From assembly GCA_965203295.1 (NCBI GenBank), contig CBDBCZ010000018.1, positions 1,440,001 through 1,504,000 on the forward strand: DNA of 64,000 bases, given 5' to 3'. Both the position numbers and the translations under genes were made by a program. The notes under the pieces are model-generated. The model was given only the letters and a program-made list of their open reading frames with translations, had not been told where the DNA came from and searched no databases. Position 1 is the stretch's first letter. The number at the start of each line of letters is the position of its first letter. Source of the DNA: Nitrospirales bacterium. GTDB taxonomy: Bacteria > Nitrospirota > Nitrospiria > Nitrospirales > UBA8639. Of the stretch, positions 38,700 to 53,233 are shown one piece after another.

Positions 38700-41600
38700 T
38701 TATAAGGCTAAACAAACTTTCATCACAGCCTCTAGCTACCAGGGGGAATAGAGAGGAACCAAATTCCCAATTTTATTTCCACCTCTAATTAATTGTACAC
38801 ATTACTTTTCTTGTCTTTGCCTTTAGTGATTGCTGAAATGAAACATAGGTGGGAGATAATTAGTCACACAGAACACTACTTCAACAAGCAAAGTGGAGCA
38901 GCCACAGCCCACTTTGAGATAGCACTTCAATAGTCGTGACAAATGGTTTTATTCCAAATTTAATGTGTTGGTTTTAATACATCATGTTGGCCATAGGTTT
39001 TGTAACCTGGTAACACAAAGACAAGTAAGGTATTCCTAGCTAATTGAGAATCTGTCTCTTTACTGCAAAAATACCGACAGCACAGCCTCTAGCTACCAGA
39101 GAGAATGGAGAGGAATCAGCTTCCAATTTAATATCCCACTCTAATTAATGGCACACATTACTTTTTTGTGTTCGCGCAATGTAACTGTAGAGATTGCACT
39201 CATGTTAACACAATGATTCTTTAGGGAAAGTAGACTGGATAAAATGTAAGAACAAGCAAGTTATACAGTAAACAATCGCAGTAAGCTGTTTTAGAAGGAA
39301 CCGCATAAGGTACCGTACCCTGACAGCCCGCTTTGAAATCACACAAAGTCAGGCAAGGTATTCCTAGCTAATTGGGAATCTGTTTCTTTATTGCAAAGAT
39401 ACCAACAGCACAGCTTCTAGCTACCAGAGAGAATGGAGAGGAACCAGATTCCCAATTTCATCCCCCACTCTAATAAATTGTACACATTACTTTTCTTGTG
39501 ATTGCAAAATGTTACTTCAGGAATTGCAGGTACGAAACATAGGATGTGGGGAAAAATTAGTCACACAGAACACAACTTCAATATAAAACCGTGGAATTAA
39601 CCATCTAAAAAGCACTGTAGTAATCGTGCCTCATATTGACAAGAAAAATTATAGACGACTGTCAACATTAATGAGAAGCATCTTGAGGAGGAGTAGATCG
39701 TTATAAGGCTAAACAAACTTTCATTACAGCCTCTAGCTACCAGGGAGAATGGAGAGGAACCAAATTCCCAAATTCATTTCCAACTCTAATTAATTGTACA
39801 CATTACCTTTCTTGTGTTTGCCATTAGTGATTGCTAAAATGAAACATAGGTGGGAGATAATTAGTCACACAGAACACAACTTCAATAAGCAAAGTGGAAT
39901 GAGCCACTAATAATCAACCGTTGAAGAAACGTCTAATAAGGAACCGTGTCTTGTACTGATAGCCAACTTTGAGATCAGTGTATTCCTAGCAGAGAGAATT
40001 GGAGCAGTTAGTGCTTCCCAAATAATTGCCTACTCTGGTAAGTGCATACTTTACTCTCCACATGTGAACACAATGATTCTTTAGGGAAAGAAGACAGGAT
40101 AAAAATGTGAAAACAAACCAAATTATATGCAGTACAAAATCGTAATACGCTGCTCTAGATGGAACCGTGTAAGGAACCAAGTCAGGAACACTACCCCTGA
40201 CAGCCCACTTTGAGATAGCACTTCAATACCTGAAGAAGGGTGGACACCAAAAGCTACAACCTCTCACTACTAGAGAGAATTGGAGCAGCTACTGCTTCCT
40301 AATTTCATCCCCGCCCTACATCTATTACTTTTCATATGTTCTCACAATGATCTGCTAGAGATATTCGGTACAAACAATAGGTCGTAAACAACTAGTAAAT
40401 TAATATGGTATACAACATCAGCAAGCAACTCTAGAAAGAACCGTGTAAGGATTCGTACCACTAAGAGCCCACTCCGTGAAATATTGTATTTTAAGAATTG
40501 AAGTAAGGATATTCCTTTGCACAACTAATAGGAAATCAGTCCTTGCTTTTTGAAGATGCTAAGAGCCACACTCTCTAGCTACCAGGGAGAAAAAATAATT
40601 GACTGCTTCCCAAACACATCCCAGCTCTAATTTAGCGTTCATAGTTCTCCTTTAAAAGGCAGCAGACAGAACAAAATGTGAAAATAGACAAACTATGCAG
40701 TACCTAATCGCGGCAAGCAGCTCTAGAAGGAATCATGTAAGCAACCATGTACGTACAGTAAAAAAAATGCAGAAAAAGTGGAATTTCTGAAACGTGTTAC
40801 AAGGAAATTTGACAGAAAATCTGGTATTTCAGGTACAATTTAAGGTAGTATAGGATAGGGCAGAATTTCGTGATTTTAAAGGAAATTCTACCCTATCCTA
40901 TACTGTCCTGTACCTAAACTGCCAGATTTCCTGTCAAATTTCCCTGTAACGCATTCCACTTTATTTCTGCATGCGCGCGGTACCCCTGACAGCCCACGTT
41001 GAGATCATACAAAGTCAGGCAAGGTACGCATTCCTAGCTAATTGGGAATCTGTCTCTGTATTACAGAGATACCAAAAGCCACAGCCTCTAGCTACCAGAG
41101 AGAGAGGAAAAGTAACAGCTTCCCCACTCTAAGTAAGCATACGTACACACTCCTTATCTCATGCAGTTAATTCAGAGAGTGAGAAACAATTATGGTCTAT
41201 GTACTTATATCTCTAGAGATTACTAAGCAACGCATGGTTAAACTCAAATCTTGTAAGAAAATGTCCTACATACTGACAGCCCCCTTTCACATCGCACTAG
41301 AAGAATAATTAAACTAAAGGTGGGAATCCGTCTCTGTACTATATAAATACCAAGAGCCACATTTCTGGGATTATAGTTTACACCAGGATAAACAGTCTGA
41401 AAATAACCTTGGCTTAGAGGTTGAGTGCTTCTGTATATATGTCTGTTGAACAGGCAACCTTGGTACAATGTCACTGCTTCATAGAAATCCCTCTTTGGTT
41501 ATAATAGCTACCCTCATTATTGGCCAGGAATATGTATAAGAGCAACCGAAAAGTGATTACTAAGAAATAGCGACATTGTACCTCAGGGTGCCTGCTTGCC

Positions 41601-43836
41601 GGACATACATCACCCTCTAAGCCTACAGTACAACATTGCTTACTAATGAAAGTCTATAACTATTGTAGCTCACCTATATTTTGTACCTGCATACAATCTC
41701 TGAATTAAGTTAAACATTATGCGAGTAAGAAAAGTATGCTATACTAGAGTGTGGAATGAAATTGGGAAGCTGTTACCTCTCCATTTTCTCTGGTAGCTAG
41801 AGGCTGTGGCTCTTCACTCTTAGAAATAAAGTGGTCAAAACACACCTATTAAGGTTGGCGGTAGGGTGTCACACAGCACACCAGGTCACCTGTTTTTAGG
41901 TTGTGTGTGAGTCTCAGAGTGGGTGAACATTCAATAACTCCTGTTCTGTAAAATTTCATAACATCAATTGTGTTCTGTGTGACTAATATCCCCCCACCTA
42001 TGTTTTGTGCCTGCAATCTCTGAAGTAACAATGTGCAAACACAAGAAAAGTAATGTTTAATTCAAGTACGATATCTCCGGGTGGGCTGTCAGAAGTATGG
42101 TTTCTTACACGGTTCCTTCTACGATTGCTAACTGAAGTGATATGTTTTGCATACTGTCTGTACATGATGGTTGTGTTTACACAAGAAAAGTTATGTGTGT
42201 GCTTATCAATTAGAGTGGGGAATTATTTTAGAAGTAGTAACTGCTCCAAGTATCTCTTGTAATTAGTGGTTGCGGCATTATTTGTTGATTCTCACATTTT
42301 GTTATGTCATTCTGCTGTCTGTAAGGAACTATTGCATGAACAAAAGTGAAGTAATGTGTACTGTGTGCACATTATCAGCGTGAAGATTAAAATAGGAAGC
42401 TGTTACTATTCTTCAGGTACGATTAGTTTAGAGGCTTCACAGTAACCACTTTTCAAGGTTGTGTGTTTTATAAGACTGGCAAATAGGAACCCTTGGGATG
42501 TATAGAAATTTCTATACCCTCAAGAACCATACTCTTTCATACCCTTGGAAAATTATGCTATTATGTTTTAAACCAGTCCTAATAGTCAGGAAACAGCTTT
42601 GATTTAGAGGTTGAGTACTTTTTAAGTACGGCGAACAGGCTTCCATACTTATGTGAAACAGAATGTACAATTACAGCAAATCCAGTGAACAGGATCCTTG
42701 ACTGTTTCACAGTACTAAGGGAGCCAGTTCGTTGTATTTACAAAAGTACTCAACATCTAAGCCTGACTATTAGGATTACAGTATTCCATTGTATGACTAA
42801 TTGGGAATTGGTACTGAACACTTTACATTTTTGAGAGTAGCTACTTGAGAATAATTACTGTCATTTGTGTCACTTGCTGTTGGTTAATTCACAGTAAACG
42901 TACACGCATGTCACATATCACTGCTCACTCAGGCTCGCTCCAAGATGCCCTGCATCTCCCTAGTACAGTGTCCAATCGCAGTAAGCAACTTCTGAAGGAA
43001 CCATGTAAGAAACCATGTATAGAACCCTACCCCTGACAGCCCACTTTGAGATCACACAAAGACAGCGAAGGTATAGTCCTGGCTAATTGGAAATCTGTCT
43101 CTGTGCTTCAAAATACCAAAAGCTTCAACTTCTAAAACAAGTGACAATTAGATAAGTGATTGCTACTGCGTTAATATTTAACAAACAATGCAGTGTATGA
43201 CAGTGGTAAGCAACCCTAGAAGGAACTGTGTAAGGAACCAAGACAAATCATGAAAGCAAGATGACATTTTGGGCATTTCTTAGTCTTGAGAGGGGTATAT
43301 TCATTACAGAGACAGTGAAAAACAGAATTCTATATGAAGCACTGCTAAATGGTTGGTAGCTCGGCAGAGATTTAGAAATGAAGTGCAGGAGAGTAAAGCA
43401 GGAAAGGAACAGAGCAAGCAGCTCAGATCTATCTAGAGTCAGTAGTGATGCTGAGCATGGTTTGGAAGCTCCAGAAGAAAGAGGAGGCAAGATGATTGAC
43501 GAGGAAGAAATGAGCAAAGAATGGAAAGTCTTTATCTTCATGTACCCAAATAAGCAGAGGGCTTGAAATAAGCTTGCAAAAGTGCCAGTTGACAATCAAT
43601 AGCACAACAGGAGAGGCCTTGTGCAAATGGACAAATCAGTGCAATCACTAGCTGGTCAAGATCATGACTGCAATGGTAACTATATACACACTTACAGAGA
43701 CTATGGGAGTGGCCCTCATTCAGTCCATTCAATACCCACACATTAAACCTACAAGGCCTCTGCCCAACTTTTGCTGCGAGAGAGCCTGGGGACAAAGCTA
43801 CATAAACCAATGGCAGTAGAAACTACATCTACATAC

Positions 43837-44991
43837 CAGTGTGAACAGGCCAAGTGTATTAGCAGCAGCACCAAGCCTGCAATTATCGACTGAATTGCTG
43901 TCACAATGTACGCAATGCCTAAGAACAGGTTCCGTCCACCTAGCCAGGAGATCTCAGCAAGGAAGAGAGATTTGGTCCCTTTATATTCACGCACAGGGTA
44001 GTCTGCTGTAGGTTAAGGAAACTGGCTGATAACTTTAACTTACACTGTGCAAACAACTTTCAGAGATATACACATACCTGCATATGCACCTTAAGAATCT
44101 CAGCTTGAACTGGCTAAGTGATTTATACTAGCTAGATGCATGCTACATAGCTACCACACAGAGAGGAGGCTACATATACATCACCAGCAAATGGCTATCA
44201 AGCAAGGAGTCACTTAAATATCTTGTCCACTTCATTATGTACAAGAACTTTAGTAAGCTGTTTTAGCGATGACATCATGCTTCAAGTTAGACTAATATGT
44301 GGCAGTCCCATGAACATTATTCTACCAAGATCGTCACTGCATTCAATGTCTTATATTGCTTATTTTCTGTTAATGGGTGGGGCTCAAATGCACAGTGTAC
44401 ATGGAACAACTACTGATGCAACTACACATAACATTTGAGCCCTACCCATAACAGTCATTGTGTTCTCCATTAATGTAGTGACATGATCAAAATATGCAAC
44501 AGAATATGTTCACTTTCCAACTAGGACCACAGTCATACATGCTAGCCTTCATCCCATGCCTCAACCCAGTTTTAGTCACTTGCAGTATGAAATGTGGGAA
44601 GCTTAGGAACGAGGCCACGTACAATGTATAGACGACTACCGGTATTGCATTAATATGAAGGATACTGTAAGTGAGAAAGATGGAGTAGTTTCCTGAAGGG
44701 AGATTAATATCAGCGGAACCATTCTCTTGCAGTCGGCCATACAGTTTGCGGAATTTGGAAATGCTGACACACGAAACCAAACAATAAAGCTCTCGTTCTC
44801 CAGTCCCCCAGGAATTTCTGAGAGATCATACGGCCAGTTGGGGGGCATGGTGGTGTCAACAAGATCCTCAGGGCTGACCTCAGGGGCGCCGTTTGGGTTT
44901 TGGAAGCGAACACTACAGTCAGTATCCCTGGTTCTATTACAGCAGGTCATGTTCTCACCCGTATCACGATTCATGAACATATCAAAGGAGT
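43837..44991 (-). pseudogene. CDC50: CDC50 pseudogene copy II (two exons retained)
   Basis: Homologous to 24012-25167, with a 9-nt deletion and a 1-nt frameshift at ~44755. The upstream exons and the last exon were removed by deletions (junctions ~45395 and ~43523). Confidence 0.88.
44003..44665 (-). other. U12-type intron, copy II
   Basis: Perfect 5'SS GTATCCTT (44665-44658) and branch point TTCCTTAAC (44020-44012). Confidence 0.85.
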
Positions 44992-45628
44992 CTAGAAGGA
45001 GAGACAAACACAATAATAATTTACACAGCCCACATACTTAAACTCAGACGTCTACATGAACAAGGACAAACTACACACATGTGTGTTCAGGAATTTTACT
45101 ATGCACGCACGATCCACTCTAATCACTACATTGGAGTGCACAAAACATTGTGACTGTTCGCATTTTGCCAGATCTAGAAAAGTATTGTATTAACATTTTA
45201 AAAGTGAGATGGGCCATCACTGAAGATGCAATATGGTGAAGCAAAAGTCATATATGTACATGTAGATATCTAGTAATCCATCAAAACCAAAATCTGCATT
45301 TGGCGTTAGAAATTTCTTTGGAAGGTTCGCTCCCACTATATTTGCTAGTAGACTCAGAGAGTCCATGCACTGTTTATAGTGGAAATTCCACTCCAATTCT
45401 GTGCATAAATTACACAAGTGACTGTACAAGATATGAATGGATCTACAATGTATGAGTGTACACACTGTACGTATATGTTTTTTTTTCAACCTCACTGCTT
45501 TCCCAAAGAGCTTGACTTCTTTATTTGGACTGCCACATTAAATAGATGATAATTATTCTACAACTCCCCACATCCAGATGAAATCATAGAGAAGGTTGGA
45601 AGAAGCTAACCCACATGTACGTACATAC

Positions 45629-48600
45629 CTCTGAGGCACACATCATCTCTGAGTGCTTCTGCAAACTCTTGTGCACCTTTATCACCAATGTCAACGTTGA
45701 AGTTTAGTGTAACTCTGCGCAGACCTGGTATCTTTTCCAGTTTGAGCTTTTATGATCGGAGGCTTCACTTTGTCTGTGCAGGCAATGTTGCTGCAGAAAT
45801 AGTAAAGGTGTAGTAAATAAATGTAGCCTCATACCCGGATAGACCTATTACCACCGTAGTAATGTAACTGAGATGTATATCAGAACATATATGTATATAC
45901 AATCTCATTACTACGTAGCTACACACAAGTTCCTTCCTTCATTACAGCAAGGCTTCTTAGGCTTCTCTCCAGTTCAATTCAGTGACAGCTTTAGTCCTTG
46001 TTTTGTAAGGCATGGTACCATACACAGGAAGAGCAACTAAAATGTGACTTCCAATCTTTAAAAGCCACTCTGAATACCTGTCTGCCAATCACGATGACTG
46101 AAGTGTTGACGGAACTGTCAGTCTACTTCAGTGAAAACTTTTGTTTCGTTAGAAAGAGAAAGGAATCTATTCTAAATCAAAGCAACAACACCTCTAGTGA
46201 TGTTCGTAAAATTCTAATTGCTAACCATCCTAGAGCGATGGTACAGAAGTAAAGCCTGTTGACTTTTGCCACAGTTAGCAACACTGTTGTCGTGAGTGAC
46301 ATATTGTGCATGCAAATAACATGTAGTTGATATGTATCGCTAGACTACAACCTTGATTAGGACTGCTACTGATGATGCTCCTTGGGATGACAGGCTGCAC
46401 GCAGTGAGATCCAGCCACTCCAGAGAATAAGAGTTCTTCACCGCACTGCAGATGACTGCATAGTAAGGGAGTATATTATATATCAGCATCAGTATGAATC
46501 TTACGTACGTGCACTTTTGGCATGCTTAGAATGGTACCCACAACCGGTGTGGTCTGTACTGGCTCAGGTATGTATATGATAATTACGTAAGGAGGTGGGA
46601 ATTAGAGAGCTCGATTGTAATGCATGTACATGCATTGGATTAAGTAACTTGGTATTACAATGTAAGCTATCATCAGCCACACTTCAGTAATCTACAATGC
46701 TTGTGATTAAGAGAAATACAGTAGTTTGGTCTGTTTGAGCAACACTTCATGTTCTGTCAACTAATAGAGCTCACCTTCAGCAGCCTTGTTCCCGATCTCA
46801 GATCCCTTCAGTGAAAGATGCACCAAGGATGTAGTTTTCAGCAATCCCTAAACATGGAGGCTGGAAGATGGCCACACCAGGATTACTTCCTGGAAAACAT
46901 AATTCAATTTTAATATGGTGCGGACTACAAGCGCTATTTAAGTATATGATCGAGTGGTTCCAGTGGGGTTGGTACCTAAATGAGTTCCCTCAACAGTGAA
47001 TCAGGCATCACCGCCCAATACTACCATAGTCTCATGCCCAGCCACATGTTAGAAAGGTGGGTGTGGCACACTGTATAATCAAAGTTGGTTTAAAAATACG
47101 TCAGCAGTCCCAGAACTGGACCGGCAATGCGAAGTGGATATCACAGTTGCATCTATGTTGTAGCCTTGTTCCCAGCCACCAGCTCTTGCAAAAATAAATG
47201 GGAGAAGTAACTTTTCCCGTTTATTTTCCTGAGTGCACGTGGGAGGAGCCTGGAAACGAGGCCATTCATGTCGCTGAACTTCCCATGGTTAGGTGGGTAC
47301 GAAGTGGCTGCTGCAATTGTGATATCCGCTTGGTGATGTAATACTACAATCAGCCAATTGCACTGCCGGTCCAGATCTGGGATTGCTGACGTATGGCTAA
47401 CCCAAATTTCAATACACAGGGGGCGCCAGTCCCACTTTTTTAACGTGGGGGCTGGGCACGAGACTACCACTACTATGGCCTACTGCAACTGTGATATCTG
47501 TTTGGTGATGAAATATTCAATGCCGGTCCAGAACTGTGGCCACTGATGATGCAATGCTGCCGCAACTTTGAATATACAGGGCGTAACGTAGGACTGGGCA
47601 CAAGACAAATAATGCCAGGGCTAGCTAGACATGTGGCAATAATGAAAAACCCAATTGCAATGTAGAGTCTCAGAAATAATGTTTTCACTCCACAATGTGA
47701 CAGTTAAGGGATGGCCATACGTGCAAACTACATGTATACACTGTCCAAGCTAAACTACGTACAAAAGCACATGACTATACTAGATAAAGACAAGGACTAG
47801 AATATTTTGGCAACGTTATTGTAATTTCAGATTCATGATACACGCAATTAATATATACTAACATGTAGTAGCCAGTAGTGGCTGTACACACTGTGCATAC
47901 TATCAAATGTAATGGATATGCCCCCCACACTGTTTAGACTAGAAAATGCACAATTTAGATTTGTGGTACTGTAGATACAAAGCTGCCTTCACATCTACAT
48001 GTACGTACATCATCTACTACGCTAATTGCATTTACCTGTGCTAAACACTTGCAGTCTTTCAGGTGTAGGTGAACACCTTCAAACACGAGAGATTTCAGAG
48101 CACTTGAGGCACACAAGCACCCTTGAACAGATCTATCATAAAGTCATTCCATTATATATATCAGTATATGCAGTGCTGTATATACTGCAAAGCACAAGCT
48201 TAATTACTGTGATCATAGATAGTAGAGTAGGAGGAGTTCCTGTCCTTCTACTCTACTATCTATGGTGCGATAAAAAGTATCTTAAGGTTCAAAACTGCAT
48301 TGATTATTAACTTAAGATCAATGCACTAACTTTAATGCAGCTAGAGCTACCGTACCAGTTGTCTAATGAGGGCTCTATCCTACTATTAACATGGTACACA
48401 TATACCATTAACACCATCAACTGCAGGTACGTACTCGGCAATGCTGTACACTGTATTTCTATCAGGCACACCACGTCTCAAATGTGGAACAGCAGCAACT
48501 CTTTGGTACTTCACACCATCTGCAGAACAAAGAGAAGCGATATTTGCTAGTTATAGCTGACAGTAGTCTAAGACTAGTGTTTCTTTGTGCATAGATTCAC

Positions 48601-49107
48601 TATTATAAACATACCTACACAGCAGTCAATCAACTGGAAGCTTTCTGCTTATGCTGTACACAAAGCTGCCCTGTGCAAATGTACATCTATCCTCGCTCCC
48701 AGGCCCTCACTTCATTTGGTTGCATGAAGGCTAGCATAATATACTTGTAAAAAGTCACTGGATTAATGGAGGTACTGTCTAACTACATGTATTGGTGTAC
48801 TGACCACTATTTACAGTATTATAGATAAAAGGTCTAATTACATACCAATGCTTCTCACAGTTGGGTAAAGTCTTTCCTCCCATTTGTCTATGAAGGCAAC
48901 AGTATGCAGTGCCTTGTTGATCTGTAAAGCAGTCAGAACTGGGTGCCAGTCGTTTCTCTTAGCCTTGTAGACCCGACAACTCAGCACTCCTTCCTTGGCT
49001 CCACTGCGTATACTGGCTATAGGACACGTGTCTTCCAGGGCACACAGGCTTTCATAGTAAGCTACAAAGTCTTCAGCTCCTCGCTCATGAATGCGAACAG
49101 CCTCCAT
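45629..49107 (-). pseudogene. CEP78: CEP78 copy II, 3'-truncated. Exons 49107-48846, 48519-48435, 48132-48036, 46847-46775, 46455-46352, 45790-45629
   Basis: Exons 1-5 are open and phase-consistent (GCLCASSALKSLVFEGV, GLLKTTSLVHLSLKGSEIGNK, ICSAVKNSYSLEWLDLTACSL). Exon 6 has a frameshift and TAA; the later exons are deleted. Confidence 0.87.
47027..47466. mobile_element. MITE of the TAGTCTC(G/A)TGCCCAG family with a nested TAGCCT-type element (~47161-47264)
   Basis: TAGTCTCATGCCCAGCC ... GGCTGGGCACGAGACTA. Confidence 0.72.
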
Positions 49108-52100
49108 CTATGGTGGAAATAGCAACTTCTGATATAGAGGTATTAGCTATACCGTACCATGAACAAGCTGCTCTGAATATAGTTAACTCCCTATAGCTAC
49201 ATGAACGCATACTACATTTATTTCTTTCTGGTAGGTTTAGATTGTAGTTGCATTGTCTAGTAAGTACATGTAATCTGCTGTTTCAATGGATTATGAAAGC
49301 AGTTCAAGCACCTATTCCACAACATATATGTGAATAAGAAGGTGCTTTGCACTCATTTTGATAAAAAAATTAGGCCAAAAATTAAATGTAGTTGTTCCAA
49401 GTCTGTACTAAAATGACAGTAGAAGAAATGGTGGGACTAAGATCTTTATTTAATGTGACAATATAAAGCCCCTCAGAAGGTTATAAACAGAATGTTATTC
49501 AAGTATTCCATCAGACATCTTTAGTGACATACTCTATGAATTTGTGTGCAACATGTGGCCGTAGGTAAAGTACAAAGATCTCTGCAGGCAGGCTTGAAAA
49601 AGATGCTATCAGTGTATTAAAGGTATACAAGGGTCACCAACACCTTCAGGTGCTGGGAGCAGTAAGTGTAGCGTCTGGAGACACTAGCCTTGAGCTGCAT
49701 ATGGGACACGAGTTCAAATCCTGGTTCAGCAAAAACCCAATGAAGGTTTGGAGCAGCTATGGTACAGGGCTGGGTGCTTCCCTCTTGCTGTGGAAACTGG
49801 TACATGTACATACGCCATATCAGCTTCCCACAGTGTTTCAGATACCATTTTTATAACCCAATTTGGTATCTTTCATGGCTGATTAAGCATTTCAGTACAC
49901 TAATTAAATGCTGCAGCTACAAGTATAGGCAAATCAGGATTCTAGAGGTCTGGCAAACAAAGAAAGTTAGGATTGTCTCTATGATATTATAGAATCTGTA
50001 GGTGAAGGCTACACCAACATGTGGACAGCAAAAGTAACAAGATCGCTCTAAAGTCAGTAGGCATTGTTTGCCCGAGTGCACTTCTCCGAGTGAATCAGGC
50101 CAATCATTTTGTAATGATTATCAACCTTTGTACTCTCCTAACACTAAGTGTCTTTGGCTCCATGGTATTTTGCTCTAGGTGGATAAACCATTGTGGAATA
50201 ATTTATTGAGTCATACAAGTTTCAGTTGTAATGGTTTACAGTTGCTGATGATGTTGCTGCTGATACTTTTCCTTATGGACACCGTAAAGCTTCCCTACTA
50301 GAGTCTACACTCACCAAATATGCAGCATGTGCAGTCAGTCAAGAAAGCCACACCTCTTCGCAGTCGCATGCACTGCAGCAACGCAAGACCGTACTAGCGT
50401 GAGACTCTACACAAACGCTTAGCATGCACGTGAGAACCCAGCTCCTCCTGCGTAACACATTTTACGCAATTAAAATCAGATGATCTGGAGTGCGCAACTG
50501 CTTTCAAGTTATCTATGGTGCTACGTACCTTGACTCTGGTTGCTGTAGTTTGCAGCAGAGATGCTAATAATACCTTTGTTTGCAGCTTTAGTCAAACTCC
50601 CTTCCCCGCCCCCCAAAAGAAAAAAAAAACAAACAAAAACAAAGACCCAGCAATGATAAGTGAGACTTCGACCTGTTCGTGTCTACTGCCATACCTCTCA
50701 TTTCATGTATTATAGGAATCGAGAACGCGGCAAGGAACCGCCAGCTAGCTAAGGAACTACGAAGTATTAAATGCGGGGGCGGGCACGCTACGATATGCGC
50801 CGCGCGCGTCAATGCTTTTCGCGCCAGCTCACGCAGCTCTTGACTGCGTAAGAAAGTTGAACTCTCTAGAATTAAAGTGCGGAATAATGAAGTCTCTATT
50901 CAAGGAACAGGGAGGTTATAGGTATTATCAAATAATTTGTAGCAAGACCTGACAGTTCCCAATTTATGCCCCACCAGGTAGTTTCACGAGTTCACATGAA
51001 ACAGTAATTGATTGTAGGTATCTATCAATAAATAAGAGTAAAATGGAAGCGGTAACATACAACAAAGATTATAGAAGTCTGTCAACATTAAGGATTCTGA
51101 AGCATCTTGAAGAGGAGTATATATATCGTTATAAGGCCAAACAAACTTTCATCACAGCCTCTAGCTACCAGGGGGAATAGAGATGAACCAAATTCCCAAT
51201 TTCATTTCCACCTCTAATTAATTGTACACATTACTTTTCTTGTGTTTGCCTTTAGTGATTGCTGAAATGAAACATAGGTGGGAGATAATTAGTCACACAG
51301 AACACAACTTCAATAAGCAAAGTGGAATGAACCATATCTAAGGAGCAATGTAAGTAACTATGCCTCATATTGACAGCCAACTTTGAGATCAGTGTATTCC
51401 TAGCAGAGAGAATTGGGGAAGTTACTGCTTCCCAATTAATTGCCTACTCTGACAGAGTGCACACATTAATCTTCTTTAGAGATAGCAGATATGTGGGAAT
51501 AAACAAATTATATGCAGTGCACAATCGTAATATGCTGCTCTAGAAGGAACTGTGTAAAAAACAGCGTAAGTAAAACCGTACCCATGACAGTCTACTTAGA
51601 GATCGCACAAAGTCAGGCAAGATATTCCTAGCTAATTAGGAATCTGCCAGAGAGAATGGAGAGGAACCAGCTTCCCAATTCCATTCCCCACTCTAATTAA
51701 TTGTACACGTTACTTTTCTTGTTTTTGCAAAATGTTACTTCAAAGTTTGCAAGCAGAAAACATAAGTGGAAGATAACTAATTTAGTTACACCTAACACAA
51801 CTTCCATAAGAAGTCGTGGAATGAACCATCTAAAAAGCACTGGAACAACAAACAGAACAAAATGTGAGGAAAAGTAAATAACACAATCTCAGTAAGCTTC
51901 TCTAGAAGGAACCATGTAAGGAACCGCACCCCTGACGGCCCACTTTGTGATAACACAAAGCTAATTGAGAATCTGTCTCTTTACTGCAAAGAGACCAACA
52001 GCACAGCCTCTAACTACCGGAGAGAATGGAGAGGAATCAGCTTCCAATTCAATATACCCACTCTAATTAATGACACACATTACTTTTTTGTGTGTTCGCA

Positions 52101-53067
52101 CAATGTAACTTTAGAGATTGCAGGCAGGAAACAGGTGGGGGATGATTAGTCTCACAGAACTTGAAGGAATAATCTACGGAGCAAAGTAAGGAACCGTGCC
52201 TCATATTGACAGCCAACTTTGAGATCAGTGTATTCCTAGCAGAGAAAATTGGAGCAGTTGCTGCTTCCCAAATAATTGCCTACTCTGGTAAGTGCATGCT
52301 TTACTCTCCTCATGTTAACACAATGATTCTTTAGGGAAAGGAGACAGGACAAATGTAAAAAAAGCAAGTTATGCAGTAAACAATTGCAGTAAGCTGCTTT
52401 AGAAGGAACCGTAAGGAACCGTACCGCTGACAGCCCACTTTGAGATCACACAAATCTGCTTCTTTATTGCAAAGATGCCAACAGCACAGCTTCTAGCTAC
52501 CAGAGAGAGCGGAAAGGTACCAGCTTCGCAATTTCATTCTCCACTCGAGTTAATTGTACACATTACTTTTCTTGTGATGGCAAAATGTTACTTCAGAGAT
52601 TGCAGGCAAGAAACCATAGTTAGTACTCTACAATCTATGACGAAACATAGGACGTGGGGGAAATTAGTCACATGCACAGAACACAAATTTGATATGTAAC
52701 CGTGGAATGAACCATCTAAAAAGCACAGTAGTAACTGTGCTTCATATTGACAAGAAAGATTATAGGCGACTGCCAACATTAAGGAGAAGCATCTAGAAGA
52801 GGAGTATATCGTTATAAGGCTAAACAAACTTCTATCACAGCCTCTAGCTGCCAGGGAGAATGGAGAGGTACCAAATTTCCAATTTCATTTTCAACTCTAA
52901 TTAATTGTACACATTACTGTTCTTGTGTTTGCCTTTAGTGATTGCTGAAATGAAACATAGGTGGGAGATAATTAGTCACACAGAACACAACTTCAATAAG
53001 CAAAGTTGAATGAACCATCAATAAGCAACCGTTGACGGAACGTCTAAGGATCAAAGTAAGGAACCGT

Positions 53068-53233
53068 TGTCACAGTAAATTTGATCGCTCGGAAATTCGA
53101 TCGCGGCGACAGAATTTACTAGGAAATACTATCGCCGAGCGATTCAATTTACTAGGAAATACAGTAGCGATAGTATTTCCTAGTAAATTCTGTCGCCGCG
53201 ATCGAATTCCGAGCGATCGAATTTACTGTGACA
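53068..53233. mobile_element. 166-bp hairpin MITE derived from the Ginger-like element at the same site
   Basis: CCGT TSD at 53064-53067 and 53234-53237, TGT...ACA ends, and only TIR sequence remains. Confidence 0.88.
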
